Origin: Nitrospirota bacterium | Lineage (GTDB): Bacteria; Nitrospinota_A; UBA7883 | Direction of reading: 5' to 3' | DNA: 64,000 nt | Assembly (NCBI GenBank): GCA_024275315.1 | Contig: JAJRZK010000012.1 | Coordinates: 1,869 to 65,868 of the forward strand | Shown: one piece after another, positions 8,298-17,077 of the stretch | Numbering within the stretch: position 1 is the stretch's first letter | Layout: each line of letters starts with the position of its first letter | The notes under the pieces: generated by a model | Database searches by the model: none | The model's input: only the letters and a program-made list of their open reading frames with translations | Told to the model about the DNA's origin: nothing | Position numbers and translations under genes: made by a program

Positions 8298-8750
8298 TTA
8301 TTCACCTGTCGGCAGGCGCATAGCGCATGTGAACGTAACACTGACAACCAGTTTATCATTTACCTTCGCAGACCCTTTCATGTAAAACGCCGGATCGACC
8401 CGCTCCTTGATCTCCACCTCCAGGGTCAACGTGTCCCCAGGCCTTACCATAGCTCTGAATTTTGCGTCCCTGATGCGGGTGAGCACCGGCACACCCTGCG
8501 CGTCCGCTCCCACATGGCCAGATAGCAGTATCGCCCCGGCCTGGAAGACGCTTTCGCAGGTTAGCACACCTGGCATAATAGGAAAATCGGGATAATGCCC
8601 CCGAAAAAAATCGAGACCTGGATCCAGCGTCTTTTCCGCCACGATCCTGGATTCGTCCATCTCCACCACCCTGTCTACAAACAGAAACGGCGGCCTGTGG
8701 GGTATGGCTCTTAATATGATGTCATCCATGAAACCTCTGGTGATACGCAT
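8298..8750 (-). CDS. fabZ: 3-hydroxyacyl-ACP dehydratase FabZ
   Basis: IPHRPPFLFVDRV...HYPDFPIMPGVL..E...Q hot-dog fold signature. The start may be the internal M at 8729. Confidence 0.85.
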   Translation of the reverse strand: MRITRGFMDDIILRAIPHRPPFLFVDRVVEMDESRIVAEKTLDPGLDFFRGHYPDFPIMPGVLTCESVFQAGAILLSGHVGADAQGVPVLTRIRDAKFRAMVRPGDTLTLEVEIKERVDPAFYMKGSAKVNDKLVVSVTFTCAMRLPTGE

Positions 8751-8808
8751 GGTGCAATTTCGAATATGGCCGCAGATTGTAGCACGACCGGATCATTATT
8801 TAAACCGG

Positions 8809-8855
8809 CCCGGGACAGGCTCTTGCCCGGGACAGGCTCTTGCCCGGGACAGGCC
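8809..8855. repeat. 17-bp tandem repeat, about 2.8 copies (cccgggacaggctcttg)
   Basis: Copies at 8809-8825 and 8826-8842, with a partial copy at 8843-8855. It lies in the spacer between the ABC-2 permease stop and the fabZ start. Confidence 0.9.
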
Positions 8856-8918
8856 CGCTTTTTTACGGGGGCTGGCGGGTGAGCGCGGTTTTTACCGATG
8901 GTCATTAAGAGCTCCGCC

Positions 8919-8942
8919 GGGCCGATTCTCGGGCCGATTCTG
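8919..8942. repeat. 12-bp tandem repeat, 2 copies (gggccgattct[c/g])
   Basis: Copies at 8919-8930 and 8931-8942, in the same spacer as the 17-bp repeat. Confidence 0.85.
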
Positions 8943-8953
8943 CCTGACGTTGG

Positions 8954-9742
8954 CTATATTTCCTCGGCGAATGTCTCTTTGCTTATGTCGAATCGGTAAA
9001 AACCGATCAGCGTGCAACAGACGCCCAGGGCGAAAATCAGGAGCATGGAAAACAGGTCCGGCGTTTTGGCGTAGATGAAAATGTCATGATAGCTCATCGT
9101 CAGCACAGCCATGGGATTAAGGTAGAAAGTGAACCGGTACGCTTCAGGGGTCACGGAGACCGGGTATATGATCGGGCACATGAAAAACCACAGGACGATG
9201 AAGTTGTTCAGGATATGCTGGATGTCCCGGAAGCGCACGTTTAGCGAGGAGAGAAAATAGACCAGCCCGGTGGTGAACAAAAGCTGGGCGAAAGCCACCA
9301 CCGGCAACCATAACAGCTTGGATGTAAACTCTATATCGAACCAGAGCATGAAGGCGAAAAGGAGGGGAAGGCTGAAAACGTAATTGGCCAGGTTCGACAA
9401 TATTTTCACCATCGGCAGGATTTCCGCCGGGAACATCGACTTTGTAATCAGCGCGCCGGACGCGGTTACCGAGTTCACCCCCTCCATCATCGAGGTGGAG
9501 AACCATATCCACGGCAACAGCCCCGTGAACATGAACACAGTATAGTTTTCCATCTCCATCCGCATGTATACCGAGAAAACCAGGGCGTAAACCAGAAGAA
9601 GTAACAGAGGATTCAGGAAAGTCCAGAGCATGCCGAGAGCGGAGCCGCGGTACCGGGCCTTGAGCTCTTTGGACACAAGGCTGATTACAAGCTCTCTGTA
9701 TCGCAAAAGCGTTTTGATGTTGTCGGTGAAGGAGCGGAGCAT
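8954..9742 (-). CDS. ABC-2 type (polysaccharide/teichoic-acid-export type) transporter permease
   Basis: 262 aa with 6 hydrophobic segments. The N-terminal motif L..EL+ARYRGS.LG..W..L.P is typical of Wzm/TagG/KpsM permeases. Confidence 0.8.
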   Translation of the reverse strand: MLRSFTDNIKTLLRYRELVISLVSKELKARYRGSALGMLWTFLNPLLLLLVYALVFSVYMRMEMENYTVFMFTGLLPWIWFSTSMMEGVNSVTASGALITKSMFPAEILPMVKILSNLANYVFSLPLLFAFMLWFDIEFTSKLLWLPVVAFAQLLFTTGLVYFLSSLNVRFRDIQHILNNFIVLWFFMCPIIYPVSVTPEAYRFTFYLNPMAVLTMSYHDIFIYAKTPDLFSMLLIFALGVCCTLIGFYRFDISKETFAEEI

Positions 9743-9874
9743 TACCCTGGGTTTTTAGCGGCGGACGCGCACAGATCCGGTTTTTGTTTTCATCGGGCGA
9801 TTATAGGCAATACCGGTCCGTCGATCAACAAATCCCGGGGGACCGGATTATGGCGCCCCTGATTTTCGCCCTGT

Positions 9875-10330
9875 CTATCCACCGATCAGGCTGGAATGCT
9901 CTATCTTCATGCATCGGTCCTGGACGACGGTGACACCCCCGTCACGCAGTCTGGCCGCGGCTTCGTTGTTGACTATCCCGAGTTGGAACCAGGCGCACGC
10001 CGGTTTACAGGCGAGAATATCGTCCACCATTTCGTTTATCGCTTCAGGCTTGCGAAAGATATCCACTACATCCACCCGCCCGGGGATATCGGCCGGGCTG
10101 TCGTACGCCTTCAACCCTTCCCATTGGGAGATGGCGGGGTTTACCGGGATAACATTGTAACCATGGTCATTAAGGTATCTCCCCACATCTCCCGACGCTC
10201 TGCCCGGTTTTTGTGAGACGCCGACTATGGCTATATTCTTTGATGTCTCTAAGATGGCCTTGATCTGTTCCGGTTCCGGGTTCTGGTCCGGGGCCGGAGG
10301 CCTGTTCGTTATGTCGCATGCTTCGGTCAT
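9875..10330 (-). CDS. CoA-binding domain protein (YccU-like)
   Basis: 151 aa. IAIVG.S....R.S..V..YL...GY.V.PVNP and later W.Q.G..N..A match the CoA_binding_2 pattern. Confidence 0.8.
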   Translation of the reverse strand: MTEACDITNRPPAPDQNPEPEQIKAILETSKNIAIVGVSQKPGRASGDVGRYLNDHGYNVIPVNPAISQWEGLKAYDSPADIPGRVDVVDIFRKPEAINEMVDDILACKPACAWFQLGIVNNEAAARLRDGGVTVVQDRCMKIEHSSLIGG

Positions 10331-10346
10331 TGGTTTGGTCCTGTGA

Positions 10347-10589
10347 TCAGGGGTTGCGGATTATTTTTTCTTTCAGGAACGCGTTGAGCTTGTCAGACAC
10401 ATCCGGCGGGATTTCGGGCGTTACATGTTTAACCCCCCCGAACAACTCGACGGTTCTTCTCAAGGTGTTGATAAACGCCACGCATGGCTCACAATCCTCG
10501 ATGTGCCTTTCGATCTCATCGCACAAGGATGGGTCTACTTCCTTGTCGATATACTCGCTTAGCTTTTCAAGTATTTCCTGGCATTTCAT
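10347..10589 (-). CDS. anti-sigma factor, zinc-finger (HxxxCxxC) type
   Basis: 80 aa with the H-x3-C-x2-C motif (RHIEDCEPC). It overlaps the upstream ECF sigma gene stop by 4 nt. Confidence 0.7.
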   Translation of the reverse strand: MKCQEILEKLSEYIDKEVDPSLCDEIERHIEDCEPCVAFINTLRRTVELFGGVKHVTPEIPPDVSDKLNAFLKEKIIRNP

Positions 10590-11242
10590 TTGACCGAACC
10601 TGTTTTGGTATGTTCTAAAGCTCCTTCGAAATAGACTGACAACTCGTCCCTTACAAAAATCCTGGCCCTGTGAAGCCGGGATTTTACCGCCGCCACGGTC
10701 ATGCCCATCATCTGGCTGATCTCGATATTGCTATACCCTTCCACGTCCTTGAGAATCAACACCGCGCGCTTGTCTTCCGGCAGTTTTGCGATGGTATTGT
10801 CCAAAACCATGCGGATTTCGTCGTTGCTGTATTGTAACGACGGATTTTTCGACCAGTCGACAATTTCCCTGGTGAGCTTGGATCCGTTGAATTCAATCGG
10901 TTTGTCTATGGAGACCGCGATCATTTTTTTTCGTTTTCTGAGCCTCATCAGACAGTTGTTGGTGGCTATTTTCAACAACCAGGTGGAAAACGCGGCCTCG
11001 CCCCTGAATTTATCCAGGGATTTGTGAACTTGCAAAAACGTTTCCTGCAATATATCCTCCGCGTCCTCTTTACTATTGAGGAACTTGAGGCCGTGACTGT
11101 ATACCCTGGCTTGGTATTTGCGGACAAGCTCCTCGAAAGCGCTGTAGTCGCCGTTTTTTATCCGAACGATCAGCGCTTCGTCTTTTTCCTTTTCAGAGAC
11201 GTGGCAGGCCGTCTGCTTGTCACTGCGTTGCGCTCCTGCCAT
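10586..11242 (-). CDS. ECF-family RNA polymerase sigma factor
   Basis: 218 aa with sigma70 region 2 (..ED..QETFLQV...L..F.G...F.TWL..IA.N) and region 4 (L.L.DVEG.S..EI...MG.....VKSRL.RAR). Confidence 0.9.
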   Translation of the reverse strand: MAGAQRSDKQTACHVSEKEKDEALIVRIKNGDYSAFEELVRKYQARVYSHGLKFLNSKEDAEDILQETFLQVHKSLDKFRGEAAFSTWLLKIATNNCLMRLRKRKKMIAVSIDKPIEFNGSKLTREIVDWSKNPSLQYSNDEIRMVLDNTIAKLPEDKRAVLILKDVEGYSNIEISQMMGMTVAAVKSRLHRARIFVRDELSVYFEGALEHTKTGSVK

Positions 11243-11455
11243 ATTACGATGCTTGGCTTTTCAAAAAGGTTCAGTTGCTTCTGTAAGGTTGATCGTACCA
11301 GTTATCGCATCATTGCTCAAGCCGGGCCGAACCGGCAAAATCTGGGTGTTTCATATTAATACGATTCCCGCGTTGATATAGTGATGAATTGTGTTTAGAA
11401 TAGCCAAATCAAAACGCCGGGATTAGTTACCTTCAGGGGGAAGATCGCAACAGAT

Positions 11456-12610
11456 ATGAAGATGGACAGCAAACTGAAAATCCTGGTGGTCGACGACATG
11501 CCCAACATGCGCAAAACCATCAAGAACATGCTTCGTTCCATAGGATACACATCCGTTTCCGAAGCCTCGGATGGGGGGGAGGCGTTTGAGAAAATACAGT
11601 CCGGCAATTTCAATTTGGTTATCTCGGACTGGAACATGCCGGTGATGAACGGGATACAACTCCTGAAAAAGACCAGGCGGGATATCGACCTCAAATCGGT
11701 GCTGTTCATCATGGTGACCGCGGAAATAAGCGAAGAACAGATCGCCCACGCCGCCGAAACCGAAGTGGATGGATATATCATCAAGCCTTTCAACTCCACC
11801 ACGTTAAAGAAAAAGATCGAAAGCGTGCTGGAGCGACAGTCGAAGCCGTCGCCGATCGACGCGATTATAAACCTCAGCAGGGCCATGGTGGAATCGGGCG
11901 AACACGAAAAGGCGCTTGCCGCTCTTAAGCAGGCGCGGGTGCAGTTTCCGAAATCGGCGAGGTTGTTCGTCTCGATCGGCGAAACGCTGGAGGCCATGGG
12001 TAAGACGCACAGGGCGGTCGAGGCTTATGAACAGGCCAAAGACGTAAATCCCCAGTTTGTAAAAGCCTCCCAGAAGCTGGGGGAGCTTTATCTGAAAAAT
12101 AACGACACCAAAAGCGCAATGATCCACCTGGAAGAGGCGACAAAGATATCGCCTTATGATTCCCAAAGGCAATTGTCGCTGGGAAAACTCTATCTGGAGA
12201 ATGGAGAGGCCAACAAGGCGCGACAGGCGTTTAAGAACGCCCAGAAAACCGACGAGTCGGACACTGATATCCACAAGGAGATTGGCGAAGCGTATATGGA
12301 AGCGGGGATGGAAGAGTTCGCCGTTCAGGCGTTCAAGCGAGCCATTGATTCTGACCCGAGTATGATCCATCTGTATAATCGTCTCGGTATTGCGTTGAGG
12401 CGCAAAGGGAGATACCAGGAAGCGATAGAAGAATATATGCGCGCGCTGGAGGTGGCCCCTGACGACGAGGCGCTATACTTCAACCTGACCAAGGCGTACC
12501 TGGAGATGGGCAGGAAAAACGAGGCTAAAGAAACGATTCTCAAGGCGCTCCAGATAGACCAGGATTTCGAAGAGGCCAAGCAGTTGCTCGCCATTATCGA
12601 AAAGAAATAG
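11456..12610 (+). CDS. CheY-like response regulator receiver fused to TPR repeats
   Basis: Canonical receiver (ILVVDD...LVISDWNMPVMNG...KPF) followed by about 6 TPR-like A..Y..A...P motifs. Confidence 0.85.
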   Translation: MKMDSKLKILVVDDMPNMRKTIKNMLRSIGYTSVSEASDGGEAFEKIQSGNFNLVISDWNMPVMNGIQLLKKTRRDIDLKSVLFIMVTAEISEEQIAHAAETEVDGYIIKPFNSTTLKKKIESVLERQSKPSPIDAIINLSRAMVESGEHEKALAALKQARVQFPKSARLFVSIGETLEAMGKTHRAVEAYEQAKDVNPQFVKASQKLGELYLKNNDTKSAMIHLEEATKISPYDSQRQLSLGKLYLENGEANKARQAFKNAQKTDESDTDIHKEIGEAYMEAGMEEFAVQAFKRAIDSDPSMIHLYNRLGIALRRKGRYQEAIEEYMRALEVAPDDEALYFNLTKAYLEMGRKNEAKETILKALQIDQDFEEAKQLLAIIEKK

Positions 12611-12622
12611 CCCCTGGTTTCG

Positions 12623-13768
12623 CTATTCGTAGAATGATTTCATGTAATCCATGATAAGACCCGCCGCGCGGCTTGATCCGCCTGGTTCACCCAACGTCGC
12701 GGCTACTTTTCCCAGCTCTTTTCTCATCGATTTGCGCCTGGACGGATCATGCAGAAACGATAGCGCTGTTTTGGCGATGTTCGAGGGGGTCATCTCTCCC
12801 TGGATAAGCTCCGGGACAATCTCCTTTTGCGCCAGCAGGTTCGGCAACCCGGCCCATTTGACATGAGAGATGGATTTCGCGAGGAGGTAGGAGAACCAGT
12901 CCGACTTGTAAACGATCACCATGGGCGTGCCGGCTATGGTGGCCTGGAGCGTCGAGGTGCCCGACTTGCAAATGAGAAAATCGCACGCGTTGATTATCTC
13001 CCATGTCTTGCCGCTGACGACGGCCGCCTCTTCGCCCATATCACCGACGATACGTCTTACCAGCGCCGGGTCGATCGAATCCGCGCACGGGATCACCACC
13101 TTTACCGGCTTGGACGCTCGTATGATTTTTACGGCGTCTACCATGGCTGGAAGAATCCGGACCACCTCGCCGTTCCTGGAGCCGGGCATAAGGCCGAGCA
13201 TCGTATGGCGCCGGTCGATTCCCAGTTCTTCACGTATCGCGCCGGGGTCGGCCACCGGTGGCAATTCGTCGAGCAGGGGATGGCCGACGAAATGCGCCCT
13301 GACTCCGTTTTTTTCGTACAGCCTCTCCTCGAACGGGAATACGACGATCATCATGTCCACCAGCCTGCCTACAGACTTTATCCTGTATCTGCGCCACGCC
13401 CAGAACTGGGGGCACACATAATAAAAAACCGGGATGCCGGCGGCGTCGCAGGCCTTGGCGATACGCACATTGAAATCGGGATAATCTATGAGTATCGCCG
13501 CGTCATACTCCGATGCGGCTATCCTGCTCCTGAAATCGTCCAGCACGCCTTTTATAAACCGCAGTTTGCCAACCATGGACGCCACACCCACAGAGGAGAC
13601 TTTTGATATGTCGTAAAGGGTTGCGCCTCCCGCCCGACGCAACCGCTCGCCGCCGAGTCCCTCGATCCTGATGTCCGGCGCAAGTTTCAGGATGTGGCGG
13701 CATATCCTGCCGGCGTACAGGTCGCCCGATTCCTCGCCTGCCACTAAAAGAAGTTTTCTCTGTTTCAT
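12623..13768 (-). CDS. lpxB: lipid-A-disaccharide synthase
   Basis: 381 aa. LLVAGEESGDLYA..., YYV.PQ.WAWR..R, LPGSR..E and L.KSGT.TL are all LpxB hallmarks. Confidence 0.9.
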   Translation of the reverse strand: MKQRKLLLVAGEESGDLYAGRICRHILKLAPDIRIEGLGGERLRRAGGATLYDISKVSSVGVASMVGKLRFIKGVLDDFRSRIAASEYDAAILIDYPDFNVRIAKACDAAGIPVFYYVCPQFWAWRRYRIKSVGRLVDMMIVVFPFEERLYEKNGVRAHFVGHPLLDELPPVADPGAIREELGIDRRHTMLGLMPGSRNGEVVRILPAMVDAVKIIRASKPVKVVIPCADSIDPALVRRIVGDMGEEAAVVSGKTWEIINACDFLICKSGTSTLQATIAGTPMVIVYKSDWFSYLLAKSISHVKWAGLPNLLAQKEIVPELIQGEMTPSNIAKTALSFLHDPSRRKSMRKELGKVAATLGEPGGSSRAAGLIMDYMKSFYE

Positions 13769-13774
13769 TGCCGC

Positions 13775-14482
13775 CTAGCGCACGGAGAACAAAATTTGCC
13801 AGACCCGGACAACGGCTTCCAAAAATATCCTACGGGACATCTTCGATTTGCCGCCGGCCCTCTCGGTGAACACGATGGGTATCTCCCTGATCCTGAGGTT
13901 TTTCTTATAGGCCCGGTATGTCATCTCTATCTGAAACGAGTACCCTTCGGAATAGACGGAATCCAGGTCGATCGCTTCGAGCGTTTCGCGGCGGAAACAT
14001 TTGAACCCGCCGGTAAGGTCTCTTATGGGAACAGACAGGATTGTGCGGGCGTAAAAACTGCCGCCCATGGAGATCATCTTGCGCAGGAACGACCAGTTTT
14101 CCACTCCTCCTCCATCGACATAGCGCGAGCCTATGACCAGGTCCGCGTCCTCGATGGCTTCCAGAAACCGGGGAAGGTATTCCGGGTTGTGGGAAAAATC
14201 GGCGTCCATTTCGAAAATATAGTCGAAATCCTTTTCCAGCGCGTATCTAAAGCCTGAAATATAGGCTGTGCCCAGGCCCAGTTTCCCCGACCTCTTTAAC
14301 AGGTGCAACCGGCTGTTGCTGTGCATGAGCCGCTCCACAACGGCTCCGGTGCCGTCGGGAGAGTTGTCGTCGACCACCAGAATGGACGTATCCGGCAGAT
14401 GAGAGCCGATCAGTCCGATCAGTCTTTCTATATTTTCGACCTCGTTGTAGGTCGGGATGATAACCAGGCTCTTGGAATTCAT
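13775..14482 (-). CDS. GT2 polyprenol-phosphate mannose/glucose synthase (Dpm1-like)
   Basis: The N-terminus SLVIIPTYNE..NI, then VVDDNSPDGT and DADFSH. I prefer ATG at complement(14480..14482) over the TTG at 14515 used by the track. Confidence 0.85.
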   Translation of the reverse strand: MNSKSLVIIPTYNEVENIERLIGLIGSHLPDTSILVVDDNSPDGTGAVVERLMHSNSRLHLLKRSGKLGLGTAYISGFRYALEKDFDYIFEMDADFSHNPEYLPRFLEAIEDADLVIGSRYVDGGGVENWSFLRKMISMGGSFYARTILSVPIRDLTGGFKCFRRETLEAIDLDSVYSEGYSFQIEMTYRAYKKNLRIREIPIVFTERAGGKSKMSRRIFLEAVVRVWQILFSVR

Positions 14483-14769
14483 AGTTGGGCATTCTAATGG
14501 ATGGGGTTTGTGCAAGTAAAGGACAGCTTCGGTCCCGGGACCAAAAAGGCTGGTTTGGTTGATTACTTACCATGATTGTTACGGTCCGGGACAGGCGGTT
14601 AACCGGCTCTGATTTTTCCCGGATTTCCAGTTAAAACAAATAACAGCTTGATTTACTTTAATATTTACTCAAGTTTTGATAGGAAAGTGACGAAAATTAC
14701 TATATAACTAAACATACTTTGGCGGTAATGTGTGGAAATCGTGTGGTTATTTCCATATATTTGGTTAAA

Positions 14770-15402
14770 ATGAACCATATTTTACAGCAGGTCCCTATGG
14801 TTTACCGGGCTCTTTTTCGATCTACCTTGGTTTTGGCTCTTCTCTTTCTTTCCGCCTGTGTTGTCATGCCTGTAAAAGACGAAGGCGCGGTGAGGAATGC
14901 GATTGAAAAAATAGACGAGCAAATACAGGTGATCGCCATAGAGCTGAGCCATCGCATGAGGGAGTTCGATCCAAACAACAAATCCCTTGCGGTGACCACT
15001 TTTGTCGATCTGGACAACTTGTCCGAATCATCGTCTTTCGGCAGGTTTCTTGGCGAACAGCTATCGACCGAGTTGCACAAGCTCGGTTTCAACATAAGAG
15101 AGTTGCGGCAGCGAAAAACCATAGAAATCGTTCAGGACAAGGGCGAATTCGCGCTGACCAGGGAAGCGTCGGAGCTTATGAAGAAGTTCCAGGTAGACGC
15201 TGTCCTGGCCGGAACATACATGGTTGTCGGAGACGAGGTGGTCGTAAACGCGCGGGTTATAGATGTGGATTCGTCCCGGGTCATATCTGTCGGCCAGATG
15301 ATCACAAACCTCAGGGGGCTGGATCAGATCCGGGCGCTTCTGTCCCGAAGGTCACGTGGGTCGACTCCCATAGTAAAAGTTGTCAATCCTGAAAAGAGTT
15401 AG
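14770..15402 (+). CDS. FlgO-like domain lipoprotein (1 domain)
   Basis: Lipobox LFLSAC. Domain sequence: SLAVTTFVDLDNLSESSSFGRFLGEQLSTELHKLGFNIRELR...GEFALTRE...FQVDAVLAGTY...VVNARVIDV. An alternative start is ATG 14797. The family call is from memory of FlgO-family sequences and has not been searched. Confidence 0.6.
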   Translation: MNHILQQVPMVYRALFRSTLVLALLFLSACVVMPVKDEGAVRNAIEKIDEQIQVIAIELSHRMREFDPNNKSLAVTTFVDLDNLSESSSFGRFLGEQLSTELHKLGFNIRELRQRKTIEIVQDKGEFALTREASELMKKFQVDAVLAGTYMVVGDEVVVNARVIDVDSSRVISVGQMITNLRGLDQIRALLSRRSRGSTPIVKVVNPEKS

Positions 15403-15409
15403 GCGCGTT

Positions 15410-16603
15410 ATGAAAATCAGCATGGTGGTTTTTTTGTCAGTCATGATTATTTCGATCGCTGGTTGCGTCCGGTATCAAAAAGAGCCGGGGTTTCAAAGCG
15501 AGCTTGCAAGAGACCAGTACAGCCGATCGGCTTATGGTTATCATCCGGATAACTGGATTCCATACCATGAGCGGTATACGCAACGGTTCAAATGGAAGAT
15601 GCAGTATATCGCAAAACAGCTCGGGTCAAAGATGCTGACTCCTGAATCAAACGGTTCCACCGTGCTGATGACCACCATCGTGCCGGCGGACAACCTGTAC
15701 AAGGCCACCAGCTTCGGCAGGTTGTGCACGGAACAGCTTATCACCGAGCTGTCCAAACAGGGGTTCAAGGTTATAGAGGCCAGAAAAACGGATGTTTTTC
15801 TCATTCGTGACAACGAGGGGGAGTTTTCCCTGTCAAGGGACGCATACTGGCTCTCCCGGGAGTTCAAGGCGGATGCGGTGCTGGTGGGGGTCTATTCCAA
15901 ATCGGGGGGGCAGGCGCTGGTAAACGTCCGGCTGGTGGATAGCCGGGATTCTCATATACTCGGAACGGCCAGCGCTCATATGAATCTCAAGGGCGACAGG
16001 TTTCTTAATGAAATATTCCTCAAGGAGGCGAACGCGTCCAATACCGGAGGGGGGGGCTCGGGCGAGATGCGTATCAGAAAAAAGGTGGATGTCGAAAAGG
16101 ATTCTCACGCCGAGGTGCTCGAGTACAAGCTGGGGAACATGGCTGGTGAAATAAAGGAGACTTCGGAGAAAAAAATAGGAAATGTGAAAACCATCGCCGT
16201 AACCACGTTCGTCGATGTGGACAACTTCTACCGGGCAACGACTTTCGGACGGTACATGACGGAGCAGCTCATGTACGAGCTTTACGAACTGGGGTATAAC
16301 GTTCTTGAAATACGTAATGCGCCTGATCTTTTCGTCGATCTGAGAATCGGGGAACTGGGGTTGAGCCGCGAGATGAGCCAGATCATGAGGAATCAAAAGG
16401 CGGACGCTGTTGTGGTGGGCACGTATACCAAGGGGGGGGATAGCATAGCGGTCAACTCCCGCCTGGTGATAGGAAAAACCCAGGAGGTTATCGGTATCGG
16501 CCAGATCATCGTTGATAGCAGTCCCAGAAACAAGTTCGTGACGGCTATGCTGAAAAACGAGGTTACAACGGTTATGCCAACAGAAATGGTCGAAGGGTTT
16601 TAG
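15410..16603 (+). CDS. FlgO-like domain lipoprotein (2 tandem domains)
   Basis: Signal peptide MKISMVVFLSVMIISIAGC (lipobox). There are two copies of the same module (...TSFGRLCTEQLITELSKQGFKVIEAR...GEFSLSRD...ADAVLVGVY and ...TTFGRYMTEQLMYELYELGYNVLEIR...GELGLSRE...ADAVVVGTY). The ATG lies 7 nt after the upstream stop. Confidence 0.6.
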   Translation: MKISMVVFLSVMIISIAGCVRYQKEPGFQSELARDQYSRSAYGYHPDNWIPYHERYTQRFKWKMQYIAKQLGSKMLTPESNGSTVLMTTIVPADNLYKATSFGRLCTEQLITELSKQGFKVIEARKTDVFLIRDNEGEFSLSRDAYWLSREFKADAVLVGVYSKSGGQALVNVRLVDSRDSHILGTASAHMNLKGDRFLNEIFLKEANASNTGGGGSGEMRIRKKVDVEKDSHAEVLEYKLGNMAGEIKETSEKKIGNVKTIAVTTFVDVDNFYRATTFGRYMTEQLMYELYELGYNVLEIRNAPDLFVDLRIGELGLSREMSQIMRNQKADAVVVGTYTKGGDSIAVNSRLVIGKTQEVIGIGQIIVDSSPRNKFVTAMLKNEVTTVMPTEMVEGF

Positions 16604-16605
16604 TT

Positions 16606-17055
16606 GCGATGTTCAACGAAAACAAGCTTCGTACATCGTCGCAAACGCCAGACACGGTTGACGGTTCGCGTGGTTCTATGGTGATGTTCAACGAAAACAC
16701 GCTTCGTACATCGTCGCAAACGCCAGACACGGCTGACGGTTCGCGTGGTTCTATGGTGATGTTCAACGAAAACACGCTTCGTACATTGTCGCAAACGCCA
16801 GACGCCGCTGACGGTTCGAGTGGTTCTATGGTGATGTTCAACGAAAACACGCTTCGTACATCGTCGCAAACGCCAGACGCCGCTGATGGTTCGCGTGGTT
16901 CTATGGTGATGTTCAACGAAAACACGCTTCGTACATCGTCGCAAACGCCAGACACGGCTGATGGTTCGCGTGGTTCTATGGTGATGTTCAACGAAAACAC
17001 GCTTCGTACATTGTCGCAAACGCCAGACACGGCTGATGGTTCGCGTGGTTCTATG
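16606..17055. repeat. 75-bp tandem repeat, 6 complete copies (plus a degenerate start of a 7th at 17056-17070)
   Basis: Unit boundaries are 16606, 16681, 16756, 16831, 16906 and 16981. Only six variable columns differ among the copies. The array is open in three frames (track ORFs 16609..17085 +, 16572..17132 -, 16600..17235 -). Confidence 0.95.
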
Positions 17056-17077
17056 GCAATGCTCGAAAGGTCCGATC

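Noticed and set aside
11395-11997. 200-aa '-'-strand ORF opposite the REC-TPR gene
   Set aside because: It is antisense to a gene with a canonical receiver domain. The product is S/F/I-rich and lacks motifs.
16606-17055. Could the 75-bp array be a CRISPR array or a tandem tRNA-like array?
   Set aside because: - The whole 75-bp unit is repeated head to tail. There are no unique spacers between shorter repeats, and no cas genes are in the window.
- The unit is about tRNA-sized, but it cannot be folded into a cloverleaf on either strand. GGTTCGCGTGGTTC has no complementary T-stem partner, and there is no acceptor stem.
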